Shown: positions 36,970-46,249 of the stretch, piece by piece
Position numbering within the stretch: the stretch's first letter is position 1
Layout of the letters: each line of letters begins with the position of its first letter
Origin: Octopus sinensis
Taxonomy: Eukaryota
NCBI RefSeq assembly: GCF_006345805.1
Contig: NW_021834955.1
Span: 1-46,249, forward strand
DNA: 46,249 nt
Direction: 5' to 3'
Translations under genes and position numbers: made by a program
Notes under the pieces: model-generated
Seen by the model: the letters and a program-made list of their open reading frames with translations, nothing else
Databases searched by the model: none
Told to the model about the DNA's origin: nothing

Positions 36970-39251
36970 TATATATATATATATATATATTATATATATG
37001 TATATATAATATATATATGTATATATATATGTATGTATTTATGTATGTATGCATGTATGTAAGTATATATATATACAGAGAAAGAAAGAGAAAGAGAGAG
37101 AGAGTGAGAGAGAGAGAAAGAGAGAACTAGAGATATACTTATCAAAAGCTAAATAATATACGACATATAAACGAGAATGTGTTCCAACAACACACTAAGC
37201 GCGCGACAACGACTCTCGAAACTTGAGCATATTACATGTCAAAACCCCTCACTTTCGATTATATTAAAGTGGTAATGGATACCCCTGCAACAAATTAGGC
37301 CATTTTTAGTACCTCTTACGTAAACACCATAAGTATTTTACCTATTTTATCGAAAACAGGACGAACCACAATATCCAATAATAACCTATAGAATGCTATC
37401 CCCTCTTGAAGAACAGCACTCTGCATAAATCTAATATACATTTGTCATTCCAAAGAAAGTGTTTACATAATGGCTTATTATCTGTAAATTACTTCACCAG
37501 GCTAAAATTACTTTCTCGAGATTGAACAATTTACAACCAGATTAATAGAAAAGGTTTGATGACACCATAACAAGTGTAACATAAAGTAAGTACTGTCATT
37601 GTATTTATTGGGTTTTAAGTCTAATTCCACCTGTGACGAAAAGGCCAGAAAATACTACAGTTGATTACTCGAAGATAATAAAGAAATAATGACAACCAGA
37701 AGACCGCGAATTCAGCTAATTTAAGCTAAAACAACATTTACATATTCGCTTATATACGTATGCATTTACACACACACACACACACACACGCACGCTCGCA
37801 GACACACATATGCAAGATGTAGGTATGATGTGTGTATTATGTAGTTAATATGCATATGTATATATACATGCATATGCAAATGTATGCCTATATATATATT
37901 ATACTTTAGTGTTTATGCGCATACACATATGCATGTGTATCTGCATGAATAAATAGATAGGTATGCATATATACACGTGTCTATATGTGTGTGCATGCAT
38001 ACATACAAATGCATACGTGTGGTTGTATGTCTCTCTCTCTCTCTCAATATATATATATATATATACATGCACACAAACACACACACATATATACGTATAT
38101 ATATATATATATACCTACATATATACATGTACACATATATACGTATATATATATATACGTATATATAATATATATATATATACTACACACACACAGAAAG
38201 ATATGTAGATGGACACATGCACACACACACACTCACATGCAGATTTATACTGAAAGGAAATTAGAAGGACATTACAATGAAAACGTCAAGTCCCAACACA
38301 ATAGACACCGTACAGTCACTTGGGATGTAAACCAAAACTGATACCGTATCATGGAAGACAATTGTCTCGCGAGGGTGAAAGATTCATCGAAGTTACAAGA
38401 ATGAAGATAGTTATTAGATGTTAGCTTCCATTTTATTCACTTCTTTTATACTCTTCTCAACTACAAAATCATGACAGAAGTAAATAGACACCACATAACG
38501 CATCGTTTTATATTTGTATTAGCTTGTAATGGTTCACATTTTTTTTTATTAATTGACAATTTTATGTTTCAGGTTCTATATGTGACTGTATAATCCTGCC
38601 ATGTACAAAAGGAGCCTTGGAACTGTCTGAATTTCAGAGGCCGTATTGTGGGTCATTCTGAAGGGTAAAATCGCAGAAAAACCTTGGGATCCCGCTTTCT
38701 ATAGTTAATAGAGGGATTGTGCAATTTACCACTTATGTGAAGGAAGCCACTTCTTCGAGCAGCCAACATTAAGTGAAGAAAAGATTATGCCCGTGAGATG
38801 GGGGAGAAGCCACTAGCATTTTGGGACAGTGTTATATTCTCTGATGAGACCAGATTTGCTGTATTTTCTGAGAGTGGTCGAGTGTGGGTCTGGAGACTGT
38901 GATCAAGAATTTGATGGGAAAAGATTGCAGCCAACAACGAAACACGGCAGCTATTCCGTGATGGTCTGGGGAGCAATTTGGAGCAATGGTTGATCAGAGC
39001 TGGTGGAGTGTGAGGGAAACATTAACTCAGATAAATATGTGCCTATATTGCAAAAAGAACTCCTTCCAATCTTCTGTGGTGAAATAATTAAAGAGGACTT
39101 TTAATTTATGGAAGATGGGTTCCTTGTCACACGTCTAAAATGACCCTAGATTTCTTGGATGAGAGTGATATTAAAAATTTTCCAAGGCCAGGCCAGTCCG
39201 CGAGATATGAACGCTATTGAACACCTCTGGAACATGATGGAGAGAAGACTT

Positions 39252-40027
39252 TTTTCCTATTGCGGCGGCTGTCGGTTTATTCTACCCTAAGCTTTCTCTT
39301 AAGTTATATTAGTTATTTAGGCTTTCCTCTGAGTAAGGGAAAATATAATGATTTATCGTCACTTATACTAAAGTGTTATCATTGTATCTTTAACCTTAAC
39401 TGCAGTTGTAACGTCATATAGACATATACGCATGGAACGCTAACTCAATGACCATGTATGTTGAATATTTTAATCGTGTCCTTTAAACCGATATAAGAAA
39501 CATAAAACAAAGATTACAGAAATGCATATTTATGCTCAGTTGAAAAACAAACGTGAAGAGAAACATTTTTTTAAAAATTATTTTATTTATATAAATATAA
39601 CATTTTATATTTATTTACAAGAAGAAAGATAACTTAGTCGTGAAGAAAAACGACTTTAAATTCCTTAGCTAATTTCTTTTTCTATCTAATACTAACCAAC
39701 AAATCAAAATAATGTGATTAACGTAGACAGAATGGCATAAAAATTTACCGATTTCTCAAAAAAGAGTGAGTCGTGGAGTGGAGTTGAATGACTACCGAAC
39801 GAACACTAAAGTCTCTCCTCAAATCCAGGGTTTTATAACTGCTCAACCTGATCAAAAAGAATCGAAATTCAGGACAAACATTCTTTTCGAAACTTTTAGA
39901 ATCTTTATATGAGCAGTTACACTAACCAATGGGAAAAGAACGAAAATGACAATTCCTCGGCAAAGACATTACGTCATATTGCCAATTCGCGCCACATTTC
40001 AAAATGGCTAAAATGGCTATTGCTACA
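39252..40027 (-). mobile_element. Probable solo LTR (776 bp) nested in the Tc1
   Basis: ACTT is duplicated at 39248-39251 and 40028-40031. The minus strand starts TGTAGC, has TATAAAA (39837-39831) with TTAGT 28 nt downstream, and AATAAA at 39281-39276 near the end. The terminal CA is not intact. Confidence 0.65.
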
Positions 40028-40181
40028 ACTTCATAAAAAGAACACGAAAACATCTTCAAAGCCAGATCTTTTGAGATTATTGCATGAAACTTGGCAAGTA
40101 ATTCCGCAAGAGAATATTCGTCATCTGATCATTAACACGCCTAATAGGATCCTTACAATTAGGAATGCAAAGGCGATGTAT

Positions 40182-40428
40182 ACTCTCTCTCTCTTTTACT
40201 CTTTTACTTGTTTCAGTCATTTGACTGCGGCCATGCTGGAGCACCGCCTTTAGTCGAGCAAATCGACCCCGGGACTTATTCTTTGTAAGCCCAGTACTTA
40301 TTCTATCGGTCTCTTTTGCCGAAACCGCTAAGTAGTAACGGGGACGTAAACACACCAGCATCGGTTGTCAAGCAATGCTAGGGGGACAACACACAGACAC
40401 ACAAACACACACCACACACACCTATAAT

Positions 40429-40477
<49 letters not shown>

Positions 40478-40646
40478 CATATAACGACAGCTCTTTTTCA
40501 GTTTCCGTCTACCAAATCACTTACAAGGCATTGGTCGGCCCGGAGCTATAGCAGAAGACACTTGCCCAAGATGCCACGCAGTGGGACTGAACCCGGAACC
40601 ATGTGGTTGGTTAGTAAGCTACTTACCACACAGCCACTCCTGCGCC
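40182..40646 (-). mobile_element. SINE family A nested in the Tc1 3' end
   Basis: Splits ATG TAT ACT | AAA TAT (MYT|KY). Confidence 0.92.
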
Positions 40647-40979
40647 TAAATATTATATATTCACATTATAACAATGAATAAATAATTTGAAGGTATAAGT
40701 TCAGATGTAAATATATTTTAACGATTATAAGGTTGTCTATTTACTTGTGTCATGTCTATGTATAAACCTTCCAGTTTCTGTAACTTGGCCATGTGGGGGC
40801 ACCGTCTAGAAAGTTTAGTCTGATACTTTCTCTGTTTCTTTTTGCCAAAGTGCTAACTGACGGGGGAACATAATCAACCAACATTGAGTTTCAAGCAAAG
40901 ATCCTTAATTGACTTTTCGGAAATATCTATGTAAACAAAATAGTAAATGTATCTTGTTGTAGATCGGTTTAGGATTGCA

Positions 40980-41560
<581 letters not shown>

Positions 41561-41875
41561 GCGCATTTATACATACATATATGTGTTTAATACAATTCGT
41601 ACATGCGGCTGCGCTCGGGACCGGTGTATGAATGTGTGTATCAATGTATTTCTGTTATGTATGAATATCGTTTCCTTAATTTCAATCATCGTCTGCTTTC
41701 TCGCCTCCGGCAATACATTTATTTATTTATTTATTTGTATATTTATTTATTTATTTCTGTTTCCATTCTTTTCAGATTTCCTTCTTTTCCATTTTTATTT
41801 TTACTAGTTTAGCAGAAATAAATCGAAAAGTGACAAGCACGCAACTACATACTAAGTTGGCTTGTCAGCCTCTAT

Positions 41876-41935
41876 TAACAAGCCACGTCTCTGCATGTTC
41901 TCTAACAAGCCACGTCTCTGCATGTTCTCTAACAA
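41876..41935. repeat. 27-bp perfect tandem duplication
   Basis: TAACAAGCCACGTCTCTGCATGTTCTC twice plus a partial third. Confidence 0.9.
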
Positions 41936-42222
41936 TTAAAATCTTATACTTTACTATTACTGTTATTTGGACTTTCTCGTAATGTTGTTTTCTCATTTTG
42001 ATTTCCTTTTCTATCTTCTTTGTTGTGTTTTATTTCCCCCATTAATCCATGGTTGCACTCACCTAGCTAATAATCCTGTCACCCGACTATCTATGCAGCT
42101 AAACACTAGCTAAATCCTACTCATATAACAACCCATTGTAGAGCGAGGTAACAAGTGAAATCATCGAATTCCTCTTTACATCATATATATTATATATATA
42201 ATATATATATATTATATATATA

Positions 42223-42278
<56 letters not shown>

Positions 42279-42344
42279 ATATATATATATATATATTTAT
42301 GGATACATATGTATATATTATGTATGTACGTATCTATAACTATA

Positions 42345-42758
42345 TTCTTTTACACTCTTTTACTTGTTTCAGTCATTTGACTGTAGCCATGCTGGAGCAC
42401 CGCCTTTAGTCGAGCAAATCGACACCAGGACTTATTCTTTGTAAGACTAGTACTTATTCTATCGGTATCTTTTGCCGAACCGCTAAGTTACGGGGACGTA
42501 AAATTACCAGCATCGGTTGTCTAGCGATGTTGGGAGGACAAACACAGACATACAAATGCATACATATATGTATGTATACATATACAAATACATATATACG
42601 ACAGGCGTCTTTCAGTTTCCGTCTACCAAATCCACCCACAAGGCTTTGGTCGGCCCGAGGCTATAGTAGAAGACACTTGCCACAGTGCCACGCAGTGAGA
42701 CTGAACCCGGAACCATGTGGTTGGTTAGCAAGCTACTTACCACACAGCCACTCTGACC
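42345..42758 (-). mobile_element. SINE family A
   Basis: Colinear with the other copies. Confidence 0.92.
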
Positions 42759-43091
42759 TTATGCATACATACATATGTGTGTATTTGTGTCCATGTATGT
42801 AATATTTATATGTGTGTGTGTAAGAGTTTATGTGTGTGTCATAAATCCTGATCTAATTGTACACATACACACATGCAGATTATATATATTTATATATGTC
42901 TTAAAATCACGACATATGTAATTATGTGTGTATAAGATGATTTAAATCAGGTATTCATAGAAGCAGGTTTATATTCCTACTTACGTAACTCGGTATCCAT
43001 TTACAAACGCAAACCTGACTATTTGTAAAGGTGTGTATTTAAATAGGCATATTTACAATATCTGTATAATTTGTGCTCATGTATACAGGCA

Positions 43092-43136
<45 letters not shown>

Positions 43137-43197
43137 CTATCTATCTATCTATATGTCTGTCTATGTGTATGTGGGTATGTGTGGTATATGTGATGTG

Positions 43198-43266
<69 letters not shown>

Positions 43267-43349
43267 ATGTATATAAGCAAACGCACATATATTTATGTAT
43301 TTATATATGTTCAAATGATATGCATATGTTGTGTGTATATATATGCATA

Positions 43350-43393
<44 letters not shown>

Positions 43394-43813
43394 ATGAAGT
43401 ATGTATGTGTAAATCTGAATAGTTATACTCTTATTTTGTTTCATTTCTTGAATCCAGATTTGATATTCAGGTAATTTTTTTCTCTGAGCAAACATCCCAA
43501 ATATCTATCTGATCCATTTCTTTGACGATAAAACTGACTTTAATCTGATATCTTGATTGTATTTGGTTGCCGTATGAGAATGGCTTAAGCAAACAGATAA
43601 AAATTCAACCCAGAAACAGTATTCTGATTCGGAAAAGATCTAACTTCTTTCCCATTCACTCATTCCTTTTACCTATCTTCCTGTCTTTTCCCTTTGCATT
43701 CTCGTTTTCCCTTTCATTTTTGTATTTGTCTATCGTTATTCCCCTCTTCATGGTATTCTTCTCTTAGTCTATCTTTCTCTCTGTTTCTCCTCCTCTCCCC
43801 CACCTCTCTCACA

Positions 43814-43962
<149 letters not shown>

Positions 43963-44053
43963 TTATCTTGCCATCTAACATTAGCTAATGTTTTCGTCAA
44001 TTTGCAGTACTGAGCTCAAAATAGTCTGTCAGTGACGTATAACTGATTTAAAA

Positions 44054-44266
44054 CAGTGTTTTCCAGCCATTTTTTGCCTATAGACCCGGAGAGAGCCCCA
44101 AACGTTTGCGATGTTTAAAAATCCTATTATGTTTTTATAATAAAATATTATTAGAAATTGTATAAAAAAGATTGTTAAAACATATTGTGTGTTATAGAAT
44201 ACAACCAATTTATTGCCAGTAAATTTAGCAACAAAATCTCATACGGATTCCGGTTGGGAACCACTG
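44054..44266. mobile_element. hAT-type MITE, 213 bp
   Basis: TIRs CAGTGTTTTCCAGCC / rc CAGTGGTTCCCAACC (12/15); 8-bp flanks ATTTAAAA / GTTCAAAA (6/8). Confidence 0.7.
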
Positions 44267-44648
44267 GTTCAAAACGATATTTGATTTAAGCTGGATCCAG
44301 AAAAATAAATAAATACATGAAAACCGAATCAAATTGCTGTTTCTGAACCTTTAGCGGAGATGTGATCAAAGGCGTTCCAGCCATTACAGCTCTTTAAGAG
44401 TTCCGTTTGCAAGACAGTAGTCTTCGAATAGGCCCATGTAACATGGAGCATCTGGTGGGTGATAAGTGGTACATATATCTATATCGAGTTGTCGTCATAT
44501 ATGTACAGTTAGTGTTTCACACACCGTGTTTCAGTATGACAAAATGATCTGAAACGTGAAGTCTTCACGAGTGTACTTGGCAGCTCCACTATGACTCCTC
44601 TACAAGTATGCATATCGTGAAGTAAATGTTGTAAATATACAAAGATAT

Positions 44649-45053
44649 ACTCTTTACTCTTTTACTCTTTTACTTGTTTCAGTCATTTGACTGCGGCCAT
44701 GCTGGAGCACCACCTCGATCCCGGGACTTATTCTTTTTTAAGCCCAGTACTTATTCTATCGGTCTCTTTTGCCGAACCGCTAAGTAACGGGGGACATAAA
44801 CACACCAGCATCGGTTGTCAAGCAATGCCAGGGGGACAAACACATCGCACATATAACACACATACGCATATTATTATATAACGATGGGCTTCTTTTCAGT
44901 TTCCGTCTACCAAATCCACTCACAGGCTTTGGTCCCGGCCAGAGGATACAGTTAGAAGACACTTGCCCAAGGGGGGCTTCCACGCAGTGGGACTGAACCT
45001 GGAAAAAATGTGGTTGGTAAACAAGCTACTTACCACACAGCCACTCCTGCGCC
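44649..45053 (-). mobile_element. SINE family A
   Basis: Colinear with the other copies; ends CACTCCTGCGCC. Confidence 0.9.
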
Positions 45054-45659
45054 TATATATGCTTACCTAGTGCAAACATTATCTTATATAAACTCAAATT
45101 GTTGGGGAGAGTCGACAAATATTTTAATTATATCAAACATTTGGCAGTGGACTTCCGTCCAGGTTGAGCTGTTCGCGTGAATTGCTGCACCCCGCTCCTG
45201 GGAAGAAACCCAGAATTGACTGTTAACGTTTGACGTTAATACACGCAAATTGTAACCTTAATTATTTTTCCGTAATTTATCTATAGACTTCAGAGTTAAT
45301 CTTAGTTTATGCAAACAAAAAAATCAACATAATATAGTTTGTAAGTGTTAGACTTTAGAGGAACTTTCTTATCTCGGTGCAACAAGTTGAGTGTAAGATT
45401 CTGAACCATCATCCCAGTGCGGTTTTGCAATAAACATGTGTAACATCACATAAATATGTGTACCAAATTTAAGAGAGGAAATTTAGAAATGCATGGTGAA
45501 GAGTATACTGTTGGAGTCTAGTATGTTGTGGCAACGTTATTAGAAAAACACGTTTTGTGTTTTGTCAGTTGGTGATGAGATAGATAAATATACAGGAAGG
45601 TAGGCAGACAGGTTGATAGACTGAAACTTAGGCAGGCGACTGATTAGACACACACACAC

Positions 45660-45970
<311 letters not shown>

Positions 45971-46044
45971 GTTTGAGAAGTACGATTGAACGAAAAATTC
46001 AACAGTTGAGTCACACGGTAAGTTCTGTCGTTTAATGATTTCAA

Positions 46045-46249
46045 TATTAGGTACAAGGCTAGCAGTTTCGAGAATTAGAGTAAGTCGATTAAATCGATCC
46101 CAGTGCCCAACAGATTCTTATTTTTTTTTTATCGACCCTGAAAGGTTGACCGGCAACGTCGACCTCGTAATTTGAAGAGAGATCGTAAGGACGGACGAAA
46201 TGGCGATAAGCAGTTTATCCGTCGTACTAACGACTCTGCCAGCTCACCA
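46045..46249 (-). mobile_element. SINE family B, running to the window edge
   Basis: Ends TAACGACTCTGCCAGCTCACCA, the reverse complement of the head. Confidence 0.85.

Larger units (their letters stand above)
38464..40760 (+). mobile_element. Tc1-family (DD34E-type) transposon with both TIRs and a TA TSD; transposase decayed and interrupted
   Basis: TIRs CAAAATCATGACAGAAGTAAATAGACA / rc CATAGACATGACACAAGTAAATAGACA, both TA-flanked. Peptides [38 protein letters not shown] and DMNAIEHLWNMMERRL; the frame resumes HKKNTK...WQVIPQENIRHLI at 40032. Confidence 0.92.

Noticed and set aside
38841-38848. CTGATGAG as a ribozyme core
   Set aside because: It encodes the SDE motif of the Tc1 transposase and has no helices.

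Overview
A gene-poor, AT-rich animal genomic window that is almost entirely repeats. The SINE families and the high density of (TA)n/(TG)n/(GATA)n/(AAT)n tracts point to an octopus (inference). There is no intact protein-coding gene; most track ORFs are microsatellite or repeat translations. Contents: a near-identical 1361-bp tandem duplication; more than 20 tRNA-derived SINE copies from about four modular families; decayed mariner and Tc1 transposases, with the Tc1 retaining its TIRs and carrying a nested solo LTR and a SINE; 3' fragments of CR1/L2-, Hero- and R4/Dong-type LINEs; a hAT MITE; and a possible minus-strand exon. The most interesting signal is a set of short non-coding inserts inside microsatellites that carry type I hammerhead-ribozyme-like motifs in five unrelated sequence contexts. 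Most have palindromic helix III, and one family has a covarying U3-A8 core. Their direct and fold-back terminal repeats are typical of Penelope-like elements, so they look like a diverse non-autonomous, retrozyme-like population.
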